DNA from: Nitrososphaeraceae archaeon | GTDB taxonomy: Archaea > Thermoproteota > Nitrososphaeria > Nitrososphaerales > Nitrososphaeraceae | Assembly (NCBI GenBank): GCA_035297365.1 | Contig: DATGZA010000078.1 | Coordinates: 1 to 43,334, forward strand | Direction: 5' to 3' | DNA length: 43,334 nucleotides | Shown: one piece after another, positions 1 to 10,340 of the stretch | How positions within the stretch are numbered: position 1 is the stretch's first letter | Layout: each line of letters begins with the position of its first letter | Notes under the pieces: generated by a model | What the model saw: only the letters and a program-made list of their open reading frames with translations | The model's database searches: none | Told to the model about the DNA's origin: nothing | Translations under genes and position numbers: made by a program

Positions 1-2
1 AT

Positions 3-1157
3 AGTGATATAGAAAAAATTTTAAGAAATAATATAAATTTTTCATCTAAATCTGGACTATTTCAAGTACCTGAAGAATATCAAGAAAACCTTAATCGTCC
101 AAACCTTTTAAACTCAGATCCTCCATATCATAGAAAACTGCGCAGTATTGTTGATACATTATTTGTTCCCATAGAAATATCCAAATTAGAACCACGCATT
201 GAAAAAATTGCAAATGATCTGGTGAATAAGATTATTGAAAAAGACAATAATACTGTGGATATAATCGCCGATTTTGCTTATCCATTACCTGCAACTGTAA
301 TTGCAGAATTATTGGGAGTACCCTCTGAAGATCAAGATACTTTTCGTAAATGGGCTGATACTATAGTTAATCTTGAAATTGTTAATGATATTGATTCTAT
401 CAGAAATGCAGACAAAACTGTGAATGAAATGGACATTTACTTTAGTAAATTGGTGGAGAAAAAAGAGAAAAGACCAACCAATAATCTTATCAGTCATATC
501 ATTAGAGCTAAAGTAGATGGACATTCTTTATCTGAAAAAGAAATACTTAATTTTTGTGGTCTTCTTCTCAATGCAGGACATATTACTACAGTTAACCTAA
601 TAGGAAACTTGGTTTTCTCATTACTTGAAAATCCTCAAGAATTTAAAAGATTACAAGAAAATCAAAATTCCCTAATCAAAACTACCATAGAAGAGACTTT
701 ACGTTATCGATCACCAGTACAATTTGTATCACGTACGGCAATTGATGATATAACGTTATACGAAGGGGGAGAAAGAGTAAATAAAGGAGAAGAAGGAAGG
801 CAGAAACAAAAGATACAGAAGGGTCAAAGAATTATACTATTTCTGGGTTCTGCCAATCATGATGAATCCATATTTCCGGATCCTGACAGATTTGATATTA
901 CTCGTAAAAACTTGCGTCATTTGGGTTTTGGAACAGGAATCCATTTTTGTTTAGGTGCACCTTTAGCCAGACTTGAAGGACAAATAGCGCTAAGAATAAT
1001 TCTTGAAAGATTTGAGAATCTGGAATTTAATTTTGACTATACTGATAGACAAGATCTATATACAAAGATCAGTCCATTAAGGAGTTCATCATTAAAGAGT
1101 TCATTTTTACTTGGATTATCGCATCTTCCTGTACGCTTTAAACCTCCGAGTATATAA
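3..1157 (+). CDS. Cytochrome P450, 5'-truncated by the window edge
   Basis: The frame of ORF 222..1157 stays open back to base 3 (…LLNSDPPYHRKLR…). It has the I-helix AGHITT, the ExxR motif EETLR, a PDRF motif and the heme-ligand motif FGTGIHFCLG. Confidence 0.95.
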   Translation, partial: SDIEKILRNNINFSSKSGLFQVPEEYQENLNRPNLLNSDPPYHRKLRSIVDTLFVPIEISKLEPRIEKIANDLVNKIIEKDNNTVDIIADFAYPLPATVIAELLGVPSEDQDTFRKWADTIVNLEIVNDIDSIRNADKTVNEMDIYFSKLVEKKEKRPTNNLISHIIRAKVDGHSLSEKEILNFCGLLLNAGHITTVNLIGNLVFSLLENPQEFKRLQENQNSLIKTTIEETLRYRSPVQFVSRTAIDDITLYEGGERVNKGEEGRQKQKIQKGQRIILFLGSANHDESIFPDPDRFDITRKNLRHLGFGTGIHFCLGAPLARLEGQIALRIILERFENLEFNFDYTDRQDLYTKISPLRSSSLKSSFLLGLSHLPVRFKPPSI

Positions 1158-1342
1158 TAAAAAATTGTAGATATTTCATATTTTGATCTATACCGTTTTG
1201 ATCTATGCTATTGTAATTCTGGATACAGGGGGCTACTCCGAATCGGTCAAAGACACTTTATAAGATGGATAGAATTGAAAAAATCTTGTAAAAGTGAGCA
1301 CAGAACATGATAGAATTTTATATTATGACTATTACTTTACGC

Positions 1343-1358
1343 TTAAGTTAACAGGGCC
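1343..1358 (-). mobile_element. Possible solo IS6-type terminal inverted repeat
   Basis: TTAAGTTAACAGGGCC resembles the IS ends TTAACTTAACAGATCC (18613-18628) and TTAACTTAACAGCACC (25887-25902). No transposase is recognisable next to it. Confidence 0.3.
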
Positions 1359-1583
1359 CCTTTTTGACAAATCTTTTAATCTAGCAAACCTAATTATCAC
1401 AAATTAGCTTTTAAACAAATCAAAATCATTATCAACAAGTACAATTTTTCAGGACCATTCAATAAAACCTCAAGGCTCTTCGTATTGCTAAAATGAATTT
1501 ACATACTATCATTAGATGATATTTCTCTGTGATTCGATATTTTCCGTGATTTAAGAATACACGAAATTTACGTCGCCAGCAAT

Positions 1584-2279
1584 TTATTTAACATTCTTAG
1601 TAAATTTACCCCTAAATAATAAGGCTATAAATGAAGTTCCTATGAAAGTAGCAGACCAATAAATCCATAAATCATTTGTAATTCCAGATAATAAAGCAGG
1701 TGCTAACGACCTAGCAGGATTCATAGAAGCACCAGAAATAAATGCCAAGAAAAAGATATCTAAACCAACAATACTGCCAATCATTATTCCACCAAAACCT
1801 CTCAAACCTTTTGTATAGACTACAATACAAATAACAAACATTAACAATGCAGAAGCCAAAACCTCTGTTCCAAATATCAAAGGAAGAGGATAACTATAAT
1901 TTGGCGCATTAGCACCTAAATTGGCTTCATATCCTATAAAATACTTTACAAATAGACTTGCTAAAAGTGCTCCAATAATTTCGGCAACAAAATAATATAC
2001 TAATTGAAATTTTTTTATATGACCAGTTATTAGAAATGCTAAAGTCACTGCAGGATTAAAGTGTGCCATAGATATTTTACCAAAAACATATACTCCTATT
2101 GTAACTCCCATCAATGGAGAAATAGCAATAAATGGAAGTCCTAATACCCCTCCAGTTTTTGTATCAATAACTACTGAACCGGTAGCTAATACAACTACAA
2201 TAAATGTTCCAATAATTTCTGCAAAAAATATCTTTTGATCAGATGATAGTCTATTCGTTAATTTCCAAAGTTGAGACAA
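1584..2279 (-). CDS. MIP-family aquaporin/aquaglyceroporin, probable arsenite channel
   Basis: Two NPA motifs (HFNPAVT, SMNPARSLAP) and about six hydrophobic helices. It is the last gene of the arsM-arsC cluster and overlaps arsC. Confidence 0.92.
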   Translation of the reverse strand: MSQLWKLTNRLSSDQKIFFAEIIGTFIVVVLATGSVVIDTKTGGVLGLPFIAISPLMGVTIGVYVFGKISMAHFNPAVTLAFLITGHIKKFQLVYYFVAEIIGALLASLFVKYFIGYEANLGANAPNYSYPLPLIFGTEVLASALLMFVICIVVYTKGLRGFGGIMIGSIVGLDIFFLAFISGASMNPARSLAPALLSGITNDLWIYWSATFIGTSFIALLFRGKFTKNVK

Positions 2280-2709
2280 GTTCTTTTATCCTCTTCTCTA
2301 TTTCATCTCTTATCTCCCTAACTTCCTCTATAGATTTCCCTTTTGGGTCATCTAAATTCCATTCTATAACCTTTGGTAGGAATATTGCAGGACAGAAATT
2401 TTTGTCCATACATCCCATATTCACTATTGGATCTGAATTGCGAATCATCCCATCAGTTAATTCTTTTGACTTTTGATTACTGATATCTATTCCAACTTCT
2501 TTCATTGCTTGTACTACTATGGGATTGATTTGTGATACAGGTTTTATTCCTGCACTTTGGGCTTTAAATTCTTTGGAAGTGTGTTTTTTAAAAAATCCTT
2601 CTGCCATCTGACTCCTTCCCGCATTTTCAACACATACAAAAAGAACCGTTCTATCGTTATCGTTGTTGTTGTCGTCATTACTTGTTTTAATTTTTGGAAA
2701 ATAATTCAT
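2251..2709 (-). CDS. arsC: Arsenate reductase, LMW-PTP fold (thioredoxin-coupled type)
   Basis: P-loop CVENAGRS, a downstream Cys pair (GCMDKNFC) and WNLDDP; located between arsM and the aquaporin. Confidence 0.9.
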   Translation of the reverse strand: MNYFPKIKTSNDDNNNDNDRTVLFVCVENAGRSQMAEGFFKKHTSKEFKAQSAGIKPVSQINPIVVQAMKEVGIDISNQKSKELTDGMIRNSDPIVNMGCMDKNFCPAIFLPKVIEWNLDDPKGKSIEEVREIRDEIEKRIKELVSTLEINE

Positions 2710-2725
2710 GATTCTATCACTCGTA

Positions 2726-3508
2726 CTAATTTGTTATTGCTTTAACTATTATACTAACGATTTTCCTTCCGTCCTTAAAATTGGTTTCATTCATATATGT
2801 TCTTTCATTTAATATCTCGATGTTTTGGAATCCCGCATCTCTAATACTTTGCAAGTAATTTTCTTTTGTTAATGCACCGTCAATGCAACTACACCAATTA
2901 TCAGTATTGATATCCTCTTTAATAATTTCTTTAGTTGTTATAAGGTCAGAAATAATCATTCTTCCTTTTCCCTCTTTTGTCAAAATCCGATAAATTTCTT
3001 TGAAAGTATTTGTCTTATTAGATGTCAAATTAATAACACAGTTACTTATTACAACATCTACTGAATTATCGTCAATTGGAATTCTCTCATCTATGTCTCC
3101 ATTTCTAAATTCTACATTTCTATAGTTATTAGCAATTGATGCCCTTCTTGCTTTTTCAAGCATTTCCTCAGTCATATCAATTCCGATCACTTTTCCTTCA
3201 TTGCCTACCAGTTTAGATGCTAAGAATGCATCAATTCCAGCACCTGAACCAAGGTCAACTACAGTTTCACCTCTTTTTATATTTGCAAAATTTAGGGGTG
3301 TACCACATCCTAATCCAAGAATTGATTCTTCTGGAATTGACTTTAATTCAGTATCGTCATATCCAATCTTAGACGATATCTGCTGTTTAGAAACATTGTT
3401 TGCATCACAGCAAAGCTCTACTGGACTACAACAAGAATTGATATTACCATTTAACGCAATTTTTGCATAATTTTCTTTGATTTTTTCTTTGAGCATTTCT
3501 TTTTGCAT
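2726..3508 (-). CDS. arsM: Arsenite S-adenosylmethionine methyltransferase
   Basis: LGLGCGTP, SAM motif VVDLGSGAGID, ISNCVINL and WCSCIDGA, plus N-terminal CC pairs. Confidence 0.92.
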   Translation of the reverse strand: MQKEMLKEKIKENYAKIALNGNINSCCSPVELCCDANNVSKQQISSKIGYDDTELKSIPEESILGLGCGTPLNFANIKRGETVVDLGSGAGIDAFLASKLVGNEGKVIGIDMTEEMLEKARRASIANNYRNVEFRNGDIDERIPIDDNSVDVVISNCVINLTSNKTNTFKEIYRILTKEGKGRMIISDLITTKEIIKEDINTDNWCSCIDGALTKENYLQSIRDAGFQNIEILNERTYMNETNFKDGRKIVSIIVKAITN

Positions 3509-3568
3509 ATTTATGTTTACAAAGGAAACTATTTAAATTATCAAGATGACCATATTATACAAAGTATC

Positions 3569-3955
3569 ATGAAAGAAACAAAGGGACAAAAAGTAAACAA
3601 ATTACGAGTTTATAATAATGATAATTGCAGTTTTGCAGGATATGATTCTCAAAAACTAATGTTACAGACAACAAAACTTCGAAATTTGATAACAAAAAGA
3701 GGAACATTCGAAATGCTAATTCCCTTATGTTGCACAACCAATCCCGTAAGATATAAACAATTCAGAGAATTATTGAAAGGTATTAGTAGTAAAACTCTTG
3801 CTCGGAGATTAAAAGAACTTGAAAAAGATGGTATACTAGAAAGACATGCATATAACGAAATTCCACCAAGAGTAGAATACAAAATGACTAAGAAAGGTCA
3901 AGAGTTAGTAGAGTCGATCTTTACTTTATTTCAATGGATGATAAAATGGTCCTAG
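3569..3955 (+). CDS. HxlR-family winged-helix transcriptional regulator, divergent from arsM
   Basis: GISSKTLARRLKELEKDGILER…EIPPRVEYKMTKKG is the HxlR signature. ATG 3569 is preferred over 3503, which overlaps arsM. Confidence 0.88.
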   Translation: MKETKGQKVNKLRVYNNDNCSFAGYDSQKLMLQTTKLRNLITKRGTFEMLIPLCCTTNPVRYKQFRELLKGISSKTLARRLKELEKDGILERHAYNEIPPRVEYKMTKKGQELVESIFTLFQWMIKWS

Positions 3956-4060
3956 GGTAATTACTCAAGAAATTAGATATATATTGAATTGTGTTTCATT
4001 TTTATTATAATAAAACACAAACTACTGAAAATAGAAAGGTTTATAGATCATCTTTTTCTA

Positions 4061-4133
4061 TAATATTTTGAATCCATTTTTAGTAGTAATATCACAACGG
4101 AAACCACTGGCCCCATTGAACTCTGGGTTCCAA
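4061..4133 (+). repeat. att-like site A (arm type L2 plus core CCACTGGCCCCA at 4104-4115)
   Basis: 4061-4113 is identical over 53 bp to the reverse complement of 26365-26417. Confidence 0.85.
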
Positions 4134-4226
4134 TCTTATTTTTACTAGAATGTATTTATGTATTAATCAATCCTTGCAAGAATTTTGAATATAATAGTAA
4201 TATTGAAAATAATTTTATAAAGATGA

Positions 4227-4270
4227 AAAGGTCCTGTCGTATTTGAATCCTTCGATATAGCTGGACCAGC
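4227..4270 (-). repeat. Degenerate att-like site
   Basis: The minus strand GCTGGTCCAGCTATATCGAAGGATTCAAATACGACAGGACC aligns loosely with ACTGGTCTCATTTGATAGAAGGGTTCAAATCCCACTGGCCCC (15962-16003). Confidence 0.4.
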
Positions 4271-4315
4271 TAATTATCTGTTATGTAGTTTCATTTTGTA
4301 TAAAATGGCTCATTA

Positions 4316-4500
4316 TTATTTGTCCATTATGATTTTGCTTTTAAGTTGGTTAAATTCTTCCTCTGTAATTATTCCTTGGTCTCTAAGTTTTGCAAATTTT
4401 GTTAATTCATCAGCAATAGAATTTGATGGGGGCAATGGTTGTTGATTATTGGTATCTATATCTATTGGTCTTGTTATTTTTTGTGTTGGTATTAAATTTT
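4316..4500 (-). pseudogene. C-terminal SHOCT-domain gene remnant
   Basis: The minus strand translates …SNSIADELTKFAKLRDQGIITEEEFNQLKSKIIMDK*, a typical SHOCT motif. No intact start is visible. Confidence 0.7.
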
Positions 4501-4603
4501 TCGGAATCTTATTATTTTGTAGGTATTTTTGAAATCAGGATAAGTCAAAAGTTTATCCTGATCTAAAAAAATTGTGATAACAGCACAGTATTTTCATGAT
4601 TAT

Positions 4604-4801
4604 TCAATCTTGAATAAACTCAGAATAAAAATTATCCTTATCTGATTGTAATACATGTTTTGCAGTAACTAAATAAATAATATATTTGTCATCCACCTTT
4701 ATTCCAACAAAAAATCCAGTACCTTGAGCAACATATTTCTCATTTTCACGGGTAAAAATAAAAGTGATACATTTCTTTATTTGAGCAAGGTAATGTTCTT
4801 C
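4604..4801 (-). pseudogene. Trypsin-like serine protease N-terminal remnant
   Basis: The minus strand translates …YVAQGTGFFVGIKVDDKYIIYLVTAKHVLQ…, the GTGF and TAKHV catalytic-His region, then stops. Confidence 0.65.
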
Positions 4802-4829
4802 AATTATAAATTATTTTATTGCATCTTTA

Positions 4830-5075
4830 TACAAGCAGGTTCATATACTTGAATTGGATATTATATTTTGTAAGAACAAGAGCAGGAAAATAGCATAAAT
4901 GTCTTTGAAACTCTGTACAACAATAAGAATAATTCAAAACATTCCTCATACAAAGAATATTGAAATTATAAATAACTTGAATATATGAAAATTAATAGTT
5001 ATTCAGAACATCATCAAAATAATAATTTAAAAGTTATAATAAAACTTGATAATTTGAGAAAAGAGATAAAAGATA
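4830..5075 (+). pseudogene. Gene 5' stub, copy 1, probably integrase N-terminus
   Basis: Direct repeat of 10385-10660. It reads MSLKLCTTIRIIQNIPHTKNIEII…SEHHQNNNLKV with a frameshift. The integrase identity is recalled from Nitrososphaeraceae integrase N-termini and is not verified. Confidence 0.55.
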
Positions 5076-5204
5076 ATAATGTCAGTTAATTAACATAAGA
5101 ATTATCATAAGAGAATCATAAAGCGCAGATTAGATACTAATATAATTGCTACATATGATAATTAGATAAAAAAACAGAAATAGTACTATTTTTATAATTC
5201 TTTA

Positions 5205-7457
5205 TTGTCTGTGGAAAGTTTTGAAGCAGTAGTAATAGGTTCTGGATTTGGGGGAACAGTACTTACACTTTCTTTAGCCAATAAATTTGAGTCCGATAAT
5301 ACCTCAAATAATATTGACAAAAAGGTCTGTCTTTTAGAGAGAGGACAATGGTGGTTGTCACATGAAATTAATTATACGCCGCCTGGGGAAAGAAGTCCAT
5401 CATATCATACAAATATGAGGGAATTCCTTGATGATAATAAAAGACCCTATCATTTTTGGCCTTATCCTGATACTATAAGGGGAAATATAGAAATTGCATC
5501 AGCTGCCCGAGCAATAAGTAAGACAGGTTTGTATGATTACAGGGTTCTTGGCAACGTTCATGTCATAGCTTCTAGTGGTGTGGGTGGTGGTTCTCTGGTG
5601 TATTCTAATGTTACTATTGAACCGGCAGATCCAAGTATTTTTGTAAATTGGCCTACACAAAAAATACTTGATGATCCTTTAGACAAAAAATTTTCTTATA
5701 AAGAAGTATATGGTAATGATGCATCGCTATATGCAAATAACTCTTTGGACATTGACAAAATTGTAGATATAGATACGGAGAATATCGATTATTTTGATAT
5801 TGCAAGAAATTTCATTGGTGTTAACAAAATTACTACCAATTCAAGTTTGACAAAGAATAAACTTGAAAAGACAAAAGTTTTTCAAGAAGCTGGGCAGGCC
5901 CTTTTAGATGCAGGTAATACAAGTATTATCAATGTAATCGATATTGCAGGCAAAAAAATTGGTGATTTTGATGCAGATCTCTCAATAACTAATGTTCCTA
6001 CTGGTACATTTAGTTTTGATAAAAACAATATGAAAAACTCTCATCCATGGATATCTGAAATTAATAAATATTCTTCCATAACACAGACAAATGAATGTCA
6101 GCGACAGGGAAGATGTAATTTAGGCTGTATTCCAGGTGCTAGACACACATTAAATAAAAGATTATTTAACGTAATACATCCTCAAACTGGCAATCCAAAA
6201 CCACTTGAGATTAAGGAATTGTGTGATGTTTATGATATTGAATTTGTGAATGGTGAAGGATATAAGATAAGTTATTTTCAATATGATAAAACTACTGAAA
6301 ATAGAGTACAAAAACAAATAATGACAAAGATCTTGGTAATTTCAGCAGGTTCATTAGGTTCTACTGAATTACTTTTGAAATGCAAGGAACGTGGTCATCT
6401 ACAACTAAGCAATATTCTTGGAAAGAGATTCTATACCAATGGAGATTTGTTTGCATATATGACACTTAATAAGAAAAAGATTGATATCACAAGAGGACCG
6501 ATTAATACTTCCCATATATCATTCAAAAGTCCTGGAGATAGTACATATTACACTATAGAAGATACGACAATCCCAAAGATAGTAGCACCGGTGTTTGCAA
6601 AAATACTCGAACTGAATGCTAATTTGCAGTCAGTAAATTTTGGCAATATTATTAATATTTTGATCAATAACTTATCTTTGTTACCAGGATTAAACCTATC
6701 CAATCTTTCTGGCTTGTTATCATTAAACCCACTGCAATCCTTAACATCATTGTTTACCATGATTTGGAACAATAATAATATCAGAAATTTTCTTAGTCAA
6801 AATTTAAAAAGTATTTCTCCTACAGATAATTCTACTCGGAAATTCTTGGAAGGACTATTAAATTCGGTAACCATCGATATCAAGGATCAATTTGCATCTC
6901 CAGAAGAAAGGATGTCAAAGTTTTTTGTATTTTCGTGTATGGGAAGAGGTGAAAATCCAGGTACTTTAAAACTTAAAGCAAATTGGCAAAACATGGAAAA
7001 TACAAATGATCCAGGAGAAAAATTGTCTGTAGATTGGCCTGCCAATGCTAACAATAATGTATTTACAAATATAATGGTTGGAGTTAAACAATTAGCAGGA
7101 AAAATAGAACAAGGTGGAGATACACGAGTATTTACTCCTCTGTGGAACTTTAACAATCCTCAAAAAAGCACTTCTGTAATTCTTCATCCATTAGGCGGTT
7201 GTAACATGGGAGACGATGTTAACAGCGGAGTAGTAAATAGCTATGGTCAGGTATTTTGGAATGACGGTTCAGCAGATAAAACAAAAGTTTATCCCAATTT
7301 ATATGTAGTTGACGGATCAATAATACCTGAACCATTGGGCGTAAATCCTTCATTGACTATATGTGCTGTTTCTTTTAGAGCGGCCAAGCATATTTTGGTA
7401 GATATTTCTGAAGTACCATTATCATCAAAAGAAGCAAATAAATTTTTACCAAAATGA
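5205..7457 (+). CDS. GMC-family FAD oxidoreductase, cholesterol-oxidase-like (GMC1)
   Basis: VIGSGFGG dinucleotide-binding motif, LERG, GVGGGSLVY, CQRQGRCNLGC, HPLGGC and YVVDGSIIP…GVNPSLTI. Confidence 0.9.
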   Translation: MSVESFEAVVIGSGFGGTVLTLSLANKFESDNTSNNIDKKVCLLERGQWWLSHEINYTPPGERSPSYHTNMREFLDDNKRPYHFWPYPDTIRGNIEIASAARAISKTGLYDYRVLGNVHVIASSGVGGGSLVYSNVTIEPADPSIFVNWPTQKILDDPLDKKFSYKEVYGNDASLYANNSLDIDKIVDIDTENIDYFDIARNFIGVNKITTNSSLTKNKLEKTKVFQEAGQALLDAGNTSIINVIDIAGKKIGDFDADLSITNVPTGTFSFDKNNMKNSHPWISEINKYSSITQTNECQRQGRCNLGCIPGARHTLNKRLFNVIHPQTGNPKPLEIKELCDVYDIEFVNGEGYKISYFQYDKTTENRVQKQIMTKILVISAGSLGSTELLLKCKERGHLQLSNILGKRFYTNGDLFAYMTLNKKKIDITRGPINTSHISFKSPGDSTYYTIEDTTIPKIVAPVFAKILELNANLQSVNFGNIINILINNLSLLPGLNLSNLSGLLSLNPLQSLTSLFTMIWNNNNIRNFLSQNLKSISPTDNSTRKFLEGLLNSVTIDIKDQFASPEERMSKFFVFSCMGRGENPGTLKLKANWQNMENTNDPGEKLSVDWPANANNNVFTNIMVGVKQLAGKIEQGGDTRVFTPLWNFNNPQKSTSVILHPLGGCNMGDDVNSGVVNSYGQVFWNDGSADKTKVYPNLYVVDGSIIPEPLGVNPSLTICAVSFRAAKHILVDISEVPLSSKEANKFLPK

Positions 7458-7576
7458 AAGTAAATGAATGAACTTCTAAATTAATAGATGAGATATAACA
7501 CAATTTATCAATCTAAACATCACTTCATTTAACACTACTCTTGAAACATATATAATTCATTATCAAATATCAAATG

Positions 7577-7637
7577 ATTTCTATTAAATATGGTAACATA
7601 GATATTTCAAGGTATGATATTTTTCGGCGCCGAAAAA
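7577..7637 (+). repeat. 61-bp repeat ending in the palindrome TTTTTCGGCGCCGAAAAA, copy 1
   Basis: 58/61 identical to the reverse complement of 31195-31255. Confidence 0.85.
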
Positions 7638-8373
7638 TCATTATAAATTAGAATGTATTTCATTTTTAAAAAATATATATAAAATTAAGGAGATTTCAAT
7701 CAAACATAAAACATAAATGGTTACTTTAATTTCAATATCTATAGCAAGTAAATTTAGACCAATAATATAAATAATTAATGAATGTTTTTAAGATATGCAA
7801 GAGGATTGGCACTAACCATTTAATACTGGTATATTTTGAAAATTTAGTTAGAGATATTCTAAAATTGAGGCTTGTAAACTCTGATGAAAATCGCTTTTTC
7901 TTAAAGTGCATTCTTTGTTTATCCTCTCTGTTCATTCAATGAAACAATATCACGAGCTACATATGGAATTTATTGTAATTATCCTGATTGATATATGATA
8001 GTTAATATATAAAATAAGATGTTATTTACAATCAAATTCAATTATAATAAACATAATCCATACAAAAAAGACCTATAATCAAATACTTGTCTCATTTTTT
8101 AAGAGTGACTAATAACACTCTTAGAATCTGATAAGGAGGTAAAAAATTAACGATCAGGTAGCTGAAAAAAATCGAGGACCATATCTATCAGATAACCATT
8201 CACTTAAAGGTTCAAATCATTTTTACTCTAATGATCCTGTTGGATATTAAGCTGCAATTAGATTTTTTTAAAAATTATAAAATATAAATATGATTTACAA
8301 TGAGGCTAACAAAATATTAAATTTAGATACTTGATTTAAGGAGAAAATTGTTTATTAATAATGATTTACTAAT

Positions 8374-10131
8374 TTGACAATAATATTGTCAACATCTATT
8401 TTTGATATAAAAAAAATTTTAAAAGATGGGAGTTGGTTTAAGGATAATCATGGAAGGTACCTGTTATTTAGAGGAGTGAACTTTGGTTCTAGAAGTAAGT
8501 TATCTCCTTATATTCCAATAGTTTCATTAAATACACATGATATTAATCAAGTAGATTTACAAAAGGAAATTAATCTTGTAGAAAAAAATCTAGATCATTT
8601 AAAGGATCTTGGGTTTAATGTAATTCGGTTATTGATTATGTGGAAAGCAATAGAACCTTTTCCTAATCAACATTTAGAAGAATTGTTACCAGAAGGTAAA
8701 AATTATTTGGATATGATTAAAGTAATAATTGATACCCTTCATGAAAGAAGGCTTTTTGTTATTCTGGATTTTCATCAAGATATAGCTCATGAAGTTTATG
8801 GTGGAGATGGATTTCCAGATTGGGCATTGGCTATTGATGAATTGCATTGGAAACCTGTTTTTCCATTATCAGAAATTCAAAAAAGGACATGGTATTTGTC
8901 TTATTATATCAATCATTTAGTAAAACATACATTAAGATCTTTTTGGAATAATAGTTTAAGAAATATAGAATTTGGTCTTGAGAATTATCCTGTCAGAACT
9001 CATTTAGAAAAAACAATTGGTCAAACAATAAAATATTTTAATCAACTTTATAGTGACTCTAATGGTCCTGTAATTATTGGGATAGAACCATTTAATGAAC
9101 CTCACCAAGTAGGATTAGAAAGAAGAGATTTTGAGTCTAAAGTTTTGAGAGAATTTTATATCAATGTAATCAACGAGATAAAAAAATTTGATGATAAAAT
9201 TTTTATTTTTATGGAACCACGTACAGAATGGAATATTTATACATCACCATTTTCTGATTCAATAGTAGATCGGACAGAACCAATATCAGAACAAATTGAA
9301 TTGGATATTGATAAAAATTTTCTATTTAATCAGAACGAAATTTTTACTTTCTTACCTACAGATAATGAATTTCTGGATTACTTTAAAAAACAAGGCGTAT
9401 TTTCATTTCATTATTATGATCCACAGACACTATCCAGCTCTTTAATAAATCATCCAGATGACATGAACAAAAAAAAATTGCAATGGCCACAACTTTTTCA
9501 GAAGATGAAAGACGAGGCAATTGCTAGAAATCTAATTCCATTTCTAACAGAATTTGGAGGGAGTGATGATTGGAAAAATCTTGAAACTAATCTGGAACCT
9601 AGCGATGTTTATAAAAGAGAACAAATACGTGCATATATGGATCTACAATTTAAACAGATAGAGGATTATCTTCTGAATTCTACTTATTGGAACTTTGATC
9701 TTTATAATACAAAAGACGAAAAAGATAATTGGAATTTAGAAAATTTCTCTTTATTGGGTCCTAACGGATCTCCAAGGAACTTTGATATTGTGGCTCGTCC
9801 TTATCCAATATGTAGTTCAGCAAAACCAAAATTGCTATATTTTGATTTAAAATCTAAATATGCAGCAATAATTTTGGGAGGTCATGTACAAGACAAACCT
9901 ACAATATTATACGTACCAGCTAAATACCATTATCCGAGTTTTAGAATTTGGGTAACTAGTTCTGATATTCAATGGAGAAAATTGGAACAATTATTATACT
10001 GGTATCCAGATAAAAGTAAACAATTCAATCAGATTATTATAGGACCAAATAAGGAATTAGATATTAATCTATTGCCTTTTCAAGTAAGAGAATTAATGAA
10101 ATATACAACTTACACATTTAAGTTTAATTAA
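8374..10131 (+). CDS. Glycoside hydrolase family 5, endoglycoceramidase/EGCrP-like
   Basis: FKDNHGRYLLFRGVN, LGFNVIRL, LDFHQD…GGDGFPDW, acid/base NEP, HYYD, nucleophile TEFG and C-terminal RPYP. Confidence 0.88.
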   Translation: MTIILSTSIFDIKKILKDGSWFKDNHGRYLLFRGVNFGSRSKLSPYIPIVSLNTHDINQVDLQKEINLVEKNLDHLKDLGFNVIRLLIMWKAIEPFPNQHLEELLPEGKNYLDMIKVIIDTLHERRLFVILDFHQDIAHEVYGGDGFPDWALAIDELHWKPVFPLSEIQKRTWYLSYYINHLVKHTLRSFWNNSLRNIEFGLENYPVRTHLEKTIGQTIKYFNQLYSDSNGPVIIGIEPFNEPHQVGLERRDFESKVLREFYINVINEIKKFDDKIFIFMEPRTEWNIYTSPFSDSIVDRTEPISEQIELDIDKNFLFNQNEIFTFLPTDNEFLDYFKKQGVFSFHYYDPQTLSSSLINHPDDMNKKKLQWPQLFQKMKDEAIARNLIPFLTEFGGSDDWKNLETNLEPSDVYKREQIRAYMDLQFKQIEDYLLNSTYWNFDLYNTKDEKDNWNLENFSLLGPNGSPRNFDIVARPYPICSSAKPKLLYFDLKSKYAAIILGGHVQDKPTILYVPAKYHYPSFRIWVTSSDIQWRKLEQLLYWYPDKSKQFNQIIIGPNKELDINLLPFQVRELMKYTTYTFKFN

Positions 10132-10340
10132 ATGCTTCTCCTTATTTTTTATAGTGTATCATAATTTTTATCACATTTTACAAATTGGAAAATAAAGCTT
10201 GGTACAAAAAAACAAGATAATTGTGTACTTGTACATTTCCGTACTCTTTTTCTCATAAGCGGGTTATTCCAGTTGAGTTTTGGTTTATTTTCACATTATA
10301 TCAAATTACAGAATAAATTTAAATGTTATTTTCATAACAA

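Noticed and set aside
8150-8240. Possible MFS fragment on the minus strand (PLSEWLSDRYGPRFF)
   Set aside because: Too short and interrupted by stops to call.
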